Assembly: GCA_965649295.1 (NCBI GenBank)
Contig: CBFGKH010000002.1
Coordinates: 32,001-96,000, forward strand
Origin: a candidate division WOR-3 bacterium
GTDB taxonomy: Bacteria; Hydrothermota; Tepidihabitantia; Tepidihabitantales; Tepidihabitantaceae
Length of the DNA stretch: 64,000 bases
Reading direction: 5' to 3'
The position numbers were made by a program, and so were the translations under genes. The notes beneath the pieces were generated by a model. It did no database searches. It was not told where the DNA came from and saw only the letters and a list, made by a program, of their open reading frames with translations. Below are positions 49,458 through 59,169 of this stretch, piece after piece (the first letter of the stretch is position 1; the number at the start of each line of letters is the position of its first letter).

Positions 49458-50009
49458 ATGGCAAAGAAGATTCAGGCTCCGCTGACAGTTGATACCGTGA
49501 AAGACCTGCGGGCTGGTGATTCGGTGCTGATTTCGGGCATCATCTATACCGGCCGCGACCTTGCCCACAAGCGGCTGACCGATGCCATCAAGGCCGGGGA
49601 GAAGCTGCCGTTCGACCTGACCGGTGCGGTTATCTACTATGTCGGGCCGTCGCCAGCCAAGCCCGGACAGGTGATTGGTTCGGCCGGGCCGACAACGTCG
49701 TATCGGATGGACAGCTACTCGCCGCTGTTGATGGAGAAGGGGATGCGCGGCATGATTGGCAAGGGCAACCGCACCCCGCCGGTGATTGAGGCGATGCAGC
49801 GCTACGGTGCGGTCTATTTTGCCGCAGTTGGTGGTGCCGGCGCCTTGATTGCGCGCAGCATCAAGGAGGCAAAGGTCATCGCCTATGAGGACTTGGGGCC
49901 GGAGGCGGTGCGCGAGCTGCGCGTCGAAGACTTTCCAGCGATTGTCATCAACGACAGGTACGGCGGCGACCTGTACGAGCAGGGCGTGGCCAAGTACCGG
50001 AAGGACTAG
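49458..50009 (+). CDS. Class I fumarate hydratase, beta subunit
   Basis: TGRDLAHKR, GPTTSYRM, IGKG, DLGPEA. Confidence 0.93.
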   Translation: MAKKIQAPLTVDTVKDLRAGDSVLISGIIYTGRDLAHKRLTDAIKAGEKLPFDLTGAVIYYVGPSPAKPGQVIGSAGPTTSYRMDSYSPLLMEKGMRGMIGKGNRTPPVIEAMQRYGAVYFAAVGGAGALIARSIKEAKVIAYEDLGPEAVRELRVEDFPAIVINDRYGGDLYEQGVAKYRKD

Positions 50010-50012
50010 GCG

Positions 50013-50819
50013 ATGGCAGACGAGACGAAGAGCCCAAAGTCAAAGTCGAGGAGCCAAAAGCCAAGGGCCAAGGCGACCAAGCCCGAAACCCGGGCTGGCA
50101 GCGGTCAGCCGAAAGCCGAAAGCCCTACTGTCGCTCCTAGTGACCTCGTAACCATCTACGTGATGGGCGAGGCTTACCAGGTGCCGAAAGAGCTGACGAT
50201 AATGAAGGCGATGGAGTATGCCGGTTTTCGGTTTATCCGCGGGTGCGGGTGCCGGGGCGGGTTCTGTGGCGCTTGCGGCACGGTCTATCGCAAGAAGGAT
50301 TCGTACAAGCTGCGGGTGGGTCTGGCGTGTCAGACCGTGGTTGAGGACGGAATGTATCTGACCCAGATTCCGTTCTATCCTGCCAACAAGGCGCAATACG
50401 ACATCGCCACCGAGCCGGCCAATACTCAGGTGCTGGTGCGCCGCTATCCGGAGATAATGCGCTGCATCGCCTGTAACTCGTGTACCAAAATCTGCCCGCA
50501 GGATATTGACGTGATGGGCTACATCAATGCGGCGATTCGCGGCGACATTGCCAAGGTGGCCGACATGTCGTTCGACTGCATCATGTGCGGGCTGTGCGCG
50601 AGCCGCTGCCCGGCCGAGATTGTTCACTATAACGTCGCCCTGCTGGCGCGGCGGCTGTATGGCGCCAAGCTGGCCAAGCGGGCACCGCATCTGGCCGAGC
50701 GGCTTCGGGAGATTGCGGCCGGCAAGTTTGAGCCGGGACTGGACCGGCTCTGCCAGCTCGACGAGAAAGAACTGGCGAAGCTTTATTACGACCCGAACAC
50801 GAGGGATGTGGAGCCGTAA
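50013..50819 (+). CDS. Fe-S subunit (2Fe-2S plus two 4Fe-4S), SdhB/FrdB/TfrB-like
   Basis: CRGGFCGAC...LAC, CIACNSCTKICP, CIMCGLCASRCP. Lys/Ser/Pro-rich N-terminal extension encoded by heptamer repeats. Confidence 0.85.
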   Translation: MADETKSPKSKSRSQKPRAKATKPETRAGSGQPKAESPTVAPSDLVTIYVMGEAYQVPKELTIMKAMEYAGFRFIRGCGCRGGFCGACGTVYRKKDSYKLRVGLACQTVVEDGMYLTQIPFYPANKAQYDIATEPANTQVLVRRYPEIMRCIACNSCTKICPQDIDVMGYINAAIRGDIAKVADMSFDCIMCGLCASRCPAEIVHYNVALLARRLYGAKLAKRAPHLAERLREIAAGKFEPGLDRLCQLDEKELAKLYYDPNTRDVEP

Positions 50820-50825
50820 GGAGGA

Positions 50826-52478
50826 ATGATGTACCCGGAGAGCATGCAGCAGTCAATCAAGCGACTGGAGGCCACTCGCGAGGAACGGATTCGGCAGGGC
50901 AAGATTCCGCTGCTCGGGGCCGAGCAGAAGAAGGAGCTGCTGCAGGGTTTCCATCCCGATTACATCGAAGCCTCGATGCGAGCGCTGGCAGTGGGGCCGA
51001 ACAAGGGTGACCGCACGCCCCACGAGATTGCCGACGTGTTGGAGGCGTGGCCGCTGGTTGACCGGCGGCGGTTTGATGTCGAGAACCCGAAGTTCGATGT
51101 TGATGTGCTGGTGATTGGCGCGGGCGGGGCAGGCGTGGCAGCGGCCCTGGTTGCTGCTGAACGCGGTGCCCGCGTGCTGACGGTGACCAAGCTGCGGATT
51201 GGCGATGCCAACACGATGATGGCCCAGGGCGGGATTCAGGCGGCAGACAAGCCGAACGACTCACCGGAACGGCACTACCTCGACGTCCTCGGCGGCGGCC
51301 ATTTCAAGAACATTCCCGAACTGGCGCGGGCACTGGTTACCGATGCGCCGGGAGTGATTGCCTGGCTCGAAGAGCTCGGCGCGATGTTCGACAAGGAAGA
51401 GGACGGGACGATGATTACGATTCACGGCGGCGGCACCTCGCGCAAGCGGATGCACGCGGCCCGTGACTACACTGGCGCCGAGATTATGCGCACCCTGCGC
51501 GACGAGTTCCGCAACCGGAACCTGGAACTGCTCGAATACTGCGCGGCAGTGGAACTAGTGACCGATGCGACCGGCGCCTGCGCCGGGGCGGCATTTGTCA
51601 ACCTTGAGACCCAGGAGCTTTTTGTGGTCCGGGCCAAGACAACGATTGTCGCGACCGGTGGCTGCGGCCGGTTGCACATTCAGGGCTTTCCCTGTACGAA
51701 CCACTACGGTGCGACCGCGGATGGACTGGTGCTGGCCTACCGGGCCGGCGCGAAACTCGCCTTCATTGACACGATTCAATACCATCCGACCGGCGCGGCC
51801 TATCCAGAGCAGATATTCGGCCTGCTCATCACCGAGAAGGTGCGTGGCGTGGGTGCCCACCTAGTCAACGACGAAGGCAACCGCTTCATCTACGAACTGG
51901 AGAGCCGCGATATCACTGCCTCGGCGATTATCCGCGAGTGCCAGGGCCGGGGCAAGGGCGTCAGGACACCAGCCGGCCGCGTTGGGGTCTGGCTCGACAC
52001 ACCGCTGATTGAGGTGCTCAAGGGGCCAGGCGCAGTGAAGAAGAACCTGCCGGCGATGTATCACCAGTATGAGCGGTTCGGAATCTATATGGACAAGGAG
52101 CCGATTCTTACCTATCCGACTCAGCACTACCAGAACGGTGGCATCCTGATTGATGCAACCGGCCTTACCGGTGTGAAGCGGCTCTATGCGGCTGGTGAGG
52201 TTGCCGGTGGCATTCACGGTCGGAACCGGCTGATGGGCAACTCGCTGCTCGACATCCTCGTGTTTGGTCGCCGGGCCGGTGCCGCTGCTGCCGAAGCAGC
52301 GCGGGCTGTCACTCCGAGCGAGCTCGGGAAGATTGGCTTCAGACACGTCGAGGCGTTTGAGTCCGAACTCAGGGCGGCAAAGATACCGCGGGAGCGCCAG
52401 TCGCCGATGCTTTTGCCTGACTACCGGCGGCCGGAGCTGAAGAGTCCGTTTCCGTTCGCCGGGCTCGGCTGCGAGTAG
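50826..52478 (+). CDS. Fumarate reductase/succinate dehydrogenase-family flavoprotein (no covalent-FAD His)
   Basis: GAGGAG, MAQGG, ATGG, QYHPT, ESRD, HYQNGG, HGRNRLMGNSL. Confidence 0.85.
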   Translation: MMYPESMQQSIKRLEATREERIRQGKIPLLGAEQKKELLQGFHPDYIEASMRALAVGPNKGDRTPHEIADVLEAWPLVDRRRFDVENPKFDVDVLVIGAGGAGVAAALVAAERGARVLTVTKLRIGDANTMMAQGGIQAADKPNDSPERHYLDVLGGGHFKNIPELARALVTDAPGVIAWLEELGAMFDKEEDGTMITIHGGGTSRKRMHAARDYTGAEIMRTLRDEFRNRNLELLEYCAAVELVTDATGACAGAAFVNLETQELFVVRAKTTIVATGGCGRLHIQGFPCTNHYGATADGLVLAYRAGAKLAFIDTIQYHPTGAAYPEQIFGLLITEKVRGVGAHLVNDEGNRFIYELESRDITASAIIRECQGRGKGVRTPAGRVGVWLDTPLIEVLKGPGAVKKNLPAMYHQYERFGIYMDKEPILTYPTQHYQNGGILIDATGLTGVKRLYAAGEVAGGIHGRNRLMGNSLLDILVFGRRAGAAAAEAARAVTPSELGKIGFRHVEAFESELRAAKIPRERQSPMLLPDYRRPELKSPFPFAGLGCE

Positions 52479-52982
52479 ATGGGCCGCGGACGACTGCCAG
52501 CCACACTCCAGATTGAGTCAGCGATACTGCTCTTGCGCGGCCAGCGTGTCATGCTTAGCACTGACCTCGCACAGCTTTACGGCGTTGAACCACGGGTATT
52601 GGTGCAGGCGGTGAAGCGCAACATCGAGCGTTTCCCGCCGGACTTCATGTTTCAGCTCAGTCGTGATGAAGCCGCGCGTTTGAAATCACAATCTGTGACT
52701 TCAAGTTGGGGTGGCATCAGGCGGGCAATGCCCTATGCCTTCACCGAGCAAGGTGTGGCGATGCTGTCGAGTGTGCTACGTAGCCCGCGGGCAGTGCAGG
52801 TCAACATCGAAATCATGCGGGCGTTTGTTCGGCTGCGACAGTTGCTGGCGACCCACGCTGATCTTGCTCAACGCCTTGACGAGCTGGAGCGGAAGTACGA
52901 TAAGCAGTTCCGGGTCGTGTTTGATGCTATCCGGCAATTGATGACGCCGCCGGAGCCGAAGCGGACGCGTATCGGGTTCTAG
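52479..52982 (+). CDS. ORF6N domain DNA-binding protein
   Basis: [51 protein letters not shown] terminus. Confidence 0.92.
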   Translation: MGRGRLPATLQIESAILLLRGQRVMLSTDLAQLYGVEPRVLVQAVKRNIERFPPDFMFQLSRDEAARLKSQSVTSSWGGIRRAMPYAFTEQGVAMLSSVLRSPRAVQVNIEIMRAFVRLRQLLATHADLAQRLDELERKYDKQFRVVFDAIRQLMTPPEPKRTRIGF

Positions 52983-53683
52983 CTGACAGGCAACTTAGCT
53001 AGACCTGTCCGATGATTGCGCCCCACTTTGCTCAGGTTTAACTGTCAAACCACAACGATTCTGTCATACCGAGACCACGGCGAGAAAGTCACAGAACTCT
53101 TCTTGGCAAGATGTTGGAGTCTCGCGGGTAGCAGTGTGGCCACCATTGTTCCTGTCGGTTCATGGCAGACGTGGATCGAGCCGGCAGGCGACGCTTGAAT
53201 AGAAACCAGCAAGCCGGCAATGGCGGCACTGCAAGTATTAGGCTTGAGCTGGTAGCACTGCCATCGGCGGCGTGGTTTTCTGCGTTGAGCCGGAATGGGG
53301 GGGCGGGCTCTCAGACCCAGCATGTCAGCTGCGGCCTGCGCCGAGAGTCCCGAGAACGTCCGCTGGATGACGGTGAGCCGTCTCACTTCCGGCTCCGCGG
53401 AGTATGCGCGTTCCAACATGCACCGGCATACCGTCATCCCGCCCGTTACTGTCAATATGACATAATCGCTGTGCCGTTACCCTACGACATTATCGCTGCT
53501 GTTTCACAGCACGCACTCTTTCTGCTTGACAGCCCCCCTCCCGTCGTACTATTCCACAGTTGACTTGGCGAAGTCTATCCGGTGTGATTCCGGATAGGGG
53601 ACAACATGAGCGGTCTGGTCTCGTAGTCGAGAAGCGTGTGCGTCCGCTTGGCGCACGGATCGCAGTCTAAGGAGGATCGAGCG

Positions 53684-55225
53684 ATGGTTCACTTGATGCG
53701 GGACCGGCGCTTGTACTTGGCGCCGCTTGCTGTCATCTGTGCGTACCTGATGATGTTTTCCTGTAGGCCTGTTACGCCGGATGACGGCATCAACCCCAGG
53801 ACTCGGGTCCCTGAAAACAACGCTGCTCTGAGGAACGTCATCGTGTCCGGGGACACGGTTCGTCTCGTCTATGCTCCGGGAGCAGCCAAGCCGAACTACA
53901 CCGCTGGTGATGTCATTGTCGGGCGGCATGGGGATGGTTACCTGAAGAAGGTCGTCTCTTCCTCAGTCCGAGGCGACACGCTGGTGTTGCGAACTTCGCA
54001 GGCGGCATTCACCGACGCGGTGGACTCGTGTACCTTTGATACGACCGTGGCACTTGTCGCCGAGACTATGACCTTGCCAGCGATCAAGCGGGACTCGGAG
54101 TACACGGACGCGGCTGGGGTGATGCATAAGGTCTCGGTCTCTTGTGATGGTCTGGAGGTGCTGCCAACTTCCGACGGCAGGACTTTTGTTGTCCGGCTGC
54201 CCAATGTTCGAGTGGAGATATCCAATGGCGGCAATCTGGCAGCATTTGTGGCCTGCGATACAGTCGTCCTTACCAAGGGTATTGATATTGACCTCGGCTT
54301 GAGAGTTCGCGGCGCAGCGGTGAGTGAGTTTCGGGCAATCGCTCAGTCAACCGAGGGGGTGAGCTTCCGGCACCTGCGGCTTGGGTTCACACGAACACTC
54401 TACAACGACACCGCACAAGTCAAGCTGGCAACGGTTCGTCTCGGACACGCTGTGGTTATGGTCGGCTTCGTTCCGGTGGTCTTCGCCTTCGAGATGGGGG
54501 TCTATGTTGGCATCGGTGCGAATCTATCGCTAACCGTCTCCGGCGAGATCGCCAACGAGGCGTCAGTTTCGTCGAGCCTGACCGTCGGGGCAATCTACGA
54601 GAACCGTGCCTATCGTACGGTCTATGACAAGACATTGTCGTCCAGCCTAACGATGTCATTTGTGCCAGTAGGTGTGAGCGCGGAACTACAAAGCTTCCTG
54701 CGTGGAAGTCTCGACATGAAGATCTACGGTGTTGCCGGTCCGACCGTGTACGCGCAGCCGTACATCTACGACGAGATTTCCTCCCCGCCGATTTCGGTCG
54801 AAGCCGGCTATGGCATATCTGCCGGGCTTGGGTTCAAGGCCGAGATACTTGATCGGAGGATTGTTGAGTTCAACTGGACCTTTGCCGACTTCAGGCGTGC
54901 GCTGGTGGACACGACCTTTGCGGCAAACCAGCCACCAACTACGCCAACCACACCATCTGGAACATCGAGTGGTCAGGTTAACGTGTCGTACACATACTCT
55001 TCATCAACCACTGATCCTGAAGGCGGACGCGTTGCACTTCGCTTTGATTGGGGCAATGGTGATACATCCAACTGGACGGCATATGTGAATAGCGGCGTGG
55101 TAGCAAGTCAACCTCACGCGTGGTCGGCTGCCGGTACCTATAGTATACGAGCCCAGGCCAAAGACGAGGCCGGCAACCTATCCGGGTGGTCGAGTGCAAG
55201 GACGGTTTACATCGGCGTTCAGTAG
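53684..55225 (+). CDS. Lipoprotein with beta-rich body and C-terminal PKD/Ig-like domain; probably the 5' part of a gene split by TAG
   Basis: AAGGAGG RBS, lipobox MFSC, and NQPP.TP...TDPEG...FDWG.G...H.W..AGTY.IRAQAKD..G..SGWS. Confidence 0.8.
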   Translation: MVHLMRDRRLYLAPLAVICAYLMMFSCRPVTPDDGINPRTRVPENNAALRNVIVSGDTVRLVYAPGAAKPNYTAGDVIVGRHGDGYLKKVVSSSVRGDTLVLRTSQAAFTDAVDSCTFDTTVALVAETMTLPAIKRDSEYTDAAGVMHKVSVSCDGLEVLPTSDGRTFVVRLPNVRVEISNGGNLAAFVACDTVVLTKGIDIDLGLRVRGAAVSEFRAIAQSTEGVSFRHLRLGFTRTLYNDTAQVKLATVRLGHAVVMVGFVPVVFAFEMGVYVGIGANLSLTVSGEIANEASVSSSLTVGAIYENRAYRTVYDKTLSSSLTMSFVPVGVSAELQSFLRGSLDMKIYGVAGPTVYAQPYIYDEISSPPISVEAGYGISAGLGFKAEILDRRIVEFNWTFADFRRALVDTTFAANQPPTTPTTPSGTSSGQVNVSYTYSSSTTDPEGGRVALRFDWGNGDTSNWTAYVNSGVVASQPHAWSAAGTYSIRAQAKDEAGNLSGWSSARTVYIGVQ

Positions 55226-55691
55226 GTGCAGTACACGGTTGCTCTGACGTGGGGAGCAGAGCCGCTGGACCTCGATGCACACACCTGGACGCCGAGGGTG
55301 GGCAACGACTCCCACCATGTCTACTACGCCAATCGCGGCAGGCTATCGGTCGCCCCCTATTGCTCGCTTGACGTTGATGATGTGAATGGCTATGGGCCAG
55401 AACATACGTCGTTATCCCAGCTTTCGGCCGGAACCTATGCGTACGCCGTCCATCGCTACTCCAGCGGCGCCCTGCAGACATCACAGGCGGTTGTCGAGGT
55501 GTACCGTCAGGGAAGTCTTATACGAACATTCACAGTGCCTACCAGTCCATCGGGCACCACCCTGAGTTGGTGGCATGTATTCAACATTGACGGCTCGACC
55601 GGCAATGTTCAGTCCGTCAACAGGCTCGACTCCCTGCCACCGCGACCGTGGTGGGTAGACTCGGGGTTCGGGGTCGGAGAAGCGGCAATAG
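55226..55691 (+). pseudogene. YfaP/DUF2135-like domain, in-frame continuation after TAG; 3' end probably frameshifted
   Basis: LTWG..PLDLDAH, LDVDD..GYGPE, Y.YAVH.Y. No RBS before GTG 55226. The ORF runs on to 55879, overlapping the next gene. Confidence 0.6.
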
Positions 55692-55751
55692 GATGGCCGT
55701 GGTCCGCGATTGATTCGTATGTACCAGGTAACCAAACAAAAGGAGGCCTGT

Positions 55752-56207
55752 ATGAGAAAAGTCATCGCAGTCTGTGCGGTGCTGCTCGGCATCTCGGCAA
55801 TTGCGCTGGGAAAGGAGTAGTCTGTTCAGCCGGCAGCGGGGCAAGATGGTGCGGAGATAGCAGCTCCCGCCGCGGCTGAATGTGCATCTCATAATGAGTT
55901 TGCCAGTGCCGAGGAAGCGTACTTGGCTGGCAAACAGGCTGGTTATGAGGCAGGCAAGCAGGTGGCGCTTGCCTCTGTGCGATTGAAGGATGCTACCCGA
56001 GTGGGTGAGCCGATAGAGCTCTCCAGCCGCGCGACATACAGCGGAGGGTACGATGCCGACTATGACCGTGGCTACCGCGAAGGCTACGATGTCGGCTACC
56101 GCGAAGGACTGGAGAAGGGCAAGCGCGCCAAACCAGGGTGGGGTGTTGGTTTTGTTCTAGGGTTCTTTCTTAATTTGATCGGCGTAATCATTGCCGTCGT
56201 CATATAG
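55752..56207 (+). pseudogene. Exported/membrane-anchored protein with GY..GY..G repeats, interrupted by in-frame TAG at 55818-55820
   Basis: AGGAGG RBS and ATG 55752 encode signal peptide MRKVIAVCAVLLGISAIALG, in frame with ORF 55923-56207. Confidence 0.7.
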
Positions 56208-56215
56208 GGGGCAAT

Positions 56216-56668
56216 ATGGCAGTCCTGATGTATCGCAAAAGCTATTTGAAATCGGTGGTCATCGCAGTCATCGCCTGCTTTGTCCTTGCCAGCGCCGAGA
56301 CTATTACGTTACACGACGGATCGGTGGTTACAGGGACGATAACCGGGCAGACGGAGACCAAGATTACGGTGAAGACGCCGCACGGTACTTTGACAATCGA
56401 CAAGGCGAACATCTCGTCCGTCGATTACGGCAGCGGTGGCAAACGCGACTCGCAGCAACAACAGAATGAATCGAGAATCGCTGTTTCTACGGAAGGCAAT
56501 TACAGGAGTGGCTATGATCAGGGCAAGTTGAAGGGCTACGAGGATGGCCACGCGGCGGGGGTGTCCGAACAGCGGTCGGCTCGCCTGTTGGGCTCCATTG
56601 TTGGCTGGCTCTGCTCGCTTGCTGTCGTGGCTTTCGTCATGGCGATCGCGACCGCGTCGACGTACTAG
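56216..56668 (+). CDS. Hypothetical exported protein with GxxxG repeats and a C-terminal TM
   Basis: Signal peptide, ETITLHDGSVVTGTI module, GYDQGKLKGYEDG and a hydrophobic tail. Confidence 0.75.
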   Translation: MAVLMYRKSYLKSVVIAVIACFVLASAETITLHDGSVVTGTITGQTETKITVKTPHGTLTIDKANISSVDYGSGGKRDSQQQQNESRIAVSTEGNYRSGYDQGKLKGYEDGHAAGVSEQRSARLLGSIVGWLCSLAVVAFVMAIATASTY

Positions 56669-56913
56669 CTGGTGAGACGGTGGAACATCCTGTGTGCTCT
56701 TGCCGTGACCGTAACTCTCGGCAGAGATGTGCCGTGACAAGTAGAACAGGGTAGGTTCTTCGTGAGGCCAGTGTAACGAGATGAGATTCTATCAGACGCT
56801 CAACGCACATTTACGCGTGTCGTGAGGGGTACGCCACTTGAGGCTGGACCGCAGTGGCCCGTCTTGGAGTTGTTCTGTAGGAATACGTGGCAGACCTGAA
56901 GCGAAAACTTGCC

Positions 56914-56954
56914 GACACTCGCGGGGCGCCAACTGGCGCCCCGCCAGTGTTTCT
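56914..56954. terminator. Hairpin, probable bidirectional terminator
   Basis: GCGGGGCGCCA/TGGCGCCCCGC stem between convergent genes. Confidence 0.65.
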
Positions 56955-56963
56955 TGCCCCTAG

Positions 56964-57872
56964 TTAGCGTTTCTTTTTGGGTCGGAACCGGCCGATGCGG
57001 AGGATTTCGGCAAGGTTTGCATGCGGGGTGACTTTGGGCACAAGGAGCGGCTTGGCGCTGGCAAGGAGCGTGGTCACGCCCGGGCCGTGGCCAGCCACGA
57101 CGCAGTCAGAGTGAACCACAATCCCGATGGTGACAGCACCGCGTCGCCAGGACCGGCCGTAACAGTTGTCGTGGTCGTTGATAGCAACGAAGTCGCCGAA
57201 CCGGAGACGGTCGAGGCCGAGTTTCTTTATCTCGTTGCGATCGGTAGTCATCACGTCATAGTCGCCAGTGCCCATCGAGGTGGAGCCGGTGCCTGAGCCC
57301 ATGAGGTAGCCGGGCACGATGGCAGCGACCGGTACCTCGAGGCGGCCGTCACCGAGTTCGCGAATTCCCATCCGCTGGAGCAGCCCGGGGTCAAGGTTGG
57401 TAACCTGAATGTCGGGATAGTCGATTAAGGCCAGACCCTGGCCAAAGCCGCGGATGAGGAATCGGTCGTCGAGGGTGAGCTTGTTGAGGACGTCGTCGGC
57501 AAAGTCAATCAGCACGTGCTCGGCACCGCCGTGATGGCCGGTGACTATTCCTTTAGCACCTTTGGCATCGCCCGAGACGACGCGCGCCTCGTTGCCGACG
57601 CAGGAGTAGAAGTGGAGCGAAGTGTTTGGATGGTCCATCCGCTTCTCCCAGTCGGCGATACAGGAGACACCGGGTTCGATGTGGTCGCCAGCCCAGCCGA
57701 AAGCCGGGTCGCCAACCTTGACGTTGTAGGTGATGCCGCCGATGCTCGGCAGCAGGAACGGCCGACCATCAGCGTCAACGCCGTGACCGCGACGGCCAGA
57801 GGGGTAGGAGACTTTGCCCTGGACTGAGAGCATGACGACTCGGTCAGAGTTAGTGCGTAGCTTCTTGGTCAT
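56964..57872 (-). CDS. DUF4438-family conserved protein
   Basis: [40 protein letters not shown]...GHGPGVT. Confidence 0.75.
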   Translation of the reverse strand: MTKKLRTNSDRVVMLSVQGKVSYPSGRRGHGVDADGRPFLLPSIGGITYNVKVGDPAFGWAGDHIEPGVSCIADWEKRMDHPNTSLHFYSCVGNEARVVSGDAKGAKGIVTGHHGGAEHVLIDFADDVLNKLTLDDRFLIRGFGQGLALIDYPDIQVTNLDPGLLQRMGIRELGDGRLEVPVAAIVPGYLMGSGTGSTSMGTGDYDVMTTDRNEIKKLGLDRLRFGDFVAINDHDNCYGRSWRRGAVTIGIVVHSDCVVAGHGPGVTTLLASAKPLLVPKVTPHANLAEILRIGRFRPKKKR

Positions 57873-57953
57873 GGCAGGAGTATAGGTGCTACAGTGGCAG
57901 AGACAAGTATGCCCGACGCTGGGCTGGAGAATGACCGAGAAGTTGCTAGAAAG

Positions 57954-59063
57954 CTAGCGGAGCAGGCAGCCGCGGCGCTCGTATTCCTGGAATAGCCGGC
58001 CCCAGCCAGTATTGGCCAGCCATTGCTTGTACAGCCGTTTGCCCTTGAACGGCCAGAAGATGAGGTCGTGGTTGATGGCCGAGACAAGAATTGGGATATA
58101 GACGACCGGCTTGCGGGTGACGATTTTCTGCAGCACCCGGGTGGGGCCGTACCAAGAGAGCCAGCCTAGGAAGCGGTGGAAGTTGTAGCCGACGCGGAAT
58201 CCCCAATTGACGTCGCGGATGTCGTCGCCGACTACCTCAATCTCAGCCGGGTCGCCGATGCCCAAGCCGGCTTCGTGGGCAAGCCGGATATATTTGATGC
58301 TCATCGGCTCGAAGCCCATCATCTTGGCCGATATCGCGTCAATTGCGACCTGGTCAGCCGATGCCATGATGACATTCTTTACCACCGGCTCGATGGTGCG
58401 CGGCCCAGGGCCATTGCCGGCAGTGGTGCCGTCCATCACCGCGAAGATGCCGGGATGAATCTCTTTCTGGATGGCGAGTAGGTCAACAAGGGTTTCGTGA
58501 ATCCAGGTGTGGGTGTAGTGGCGGTTGGTTGAGAGGAGGCCGCCGAAGGCGTTCTTCATGGCGCCGGTCGTTGTCGTGTAGATGTGACACTTCATCGTCG
58601 GCATATGGACGATGTTCTTGCCGATAAAGTAGTCGGGTATCCTGATGCCCTTGGGAAAGACTCGGTCGAGGGCAAGCATCTTGGCCTTGGGCCGATAGAC
58701 AATCCAGGACATGTCCTCGGGCCGGAAGTTGTAGAGCACCGGCAGGCCGCATTTGCGGAAGATGGGAACGTAGCGGTTGAGGTCCTCGCCTTTCTCAGTA
58801 TCAACGACGACGGTGCGGTTCTGGACAACAGAGAGGTCGCGCAGGCCGATGTCGCCCAGCCCGAGGATGGTGCCTTCGAGCTGCCAGGGCGTGGTGTTGC
58901 AACCGGGCATCGGATAGTGCCAGGTGATGTTGTCTTTGAGGATTGTCGGTTTGGTGGGGTCGAGGTGCTGGCGGGCATCGGCGAGCACGAACAGACGCCG
59001 ATAGTCGTCGAGCACGGTCTCGGGTTTGGTATAGAGAACAGCGACTTTGGCCTTGGCAGCCAT
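57954..59063 (-). CDS. DUF362-family (Fe-S associated) protein
   Basis: LKDNITWH, PTMKCH..TTTTGAMKN, DGT..G.GP, DQVAID. Start moved to ATG 59063. Confidence 0.8.
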   Translation of the reverse strand: MAAKAKVAVLYTKPETVLDDYRRLFVLADARQHLDPTKPTILKDNITWHYPMPGCNTTPWQLEGTILGLGDIGLRDLSVVQNRTVVVDTEKGEDLNRYVPIFRKCGLPVLYNFRPEDMSWIVYRPKAKMLALDRVFPKGIRIPDYFIGKNIVHMPTMKCHIYTTTTGAMKNAFGGLLSTNRHYTHTWIHETLVDLLAIQKEIHPGIFAVMDGTTAGNGPGPRTIEPVVKNVIMASADQVAIDAISAKMMGFEPMSIKYIRLAHEAGLGIGDPAEIEVVGDDIRDVNWGFRVGYNFHRFLGWLSWYGPTRVLQKIVTRKPVVYIPILVSAINHDLIFWPFKGKRLYKQWLANTGWGRLFQEYERRGCLLR

Positions 59064-59169
59064 AGGGGTTATTATAGCCACCAGTTGCGGCAGGACAACT
59101 GTCGTAGCCATTGCACCGGCGCTGGTCTCGTGCTAAGATGCCAGCAGTGAATCCAGACAGGCGGCGACA

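Noticed and set aside
52479..56668. Prophage or integron cassette array
   Set aside because: ORF6N is a lone gene; no phage structural genes, integrase or attC-like sites were recognised.
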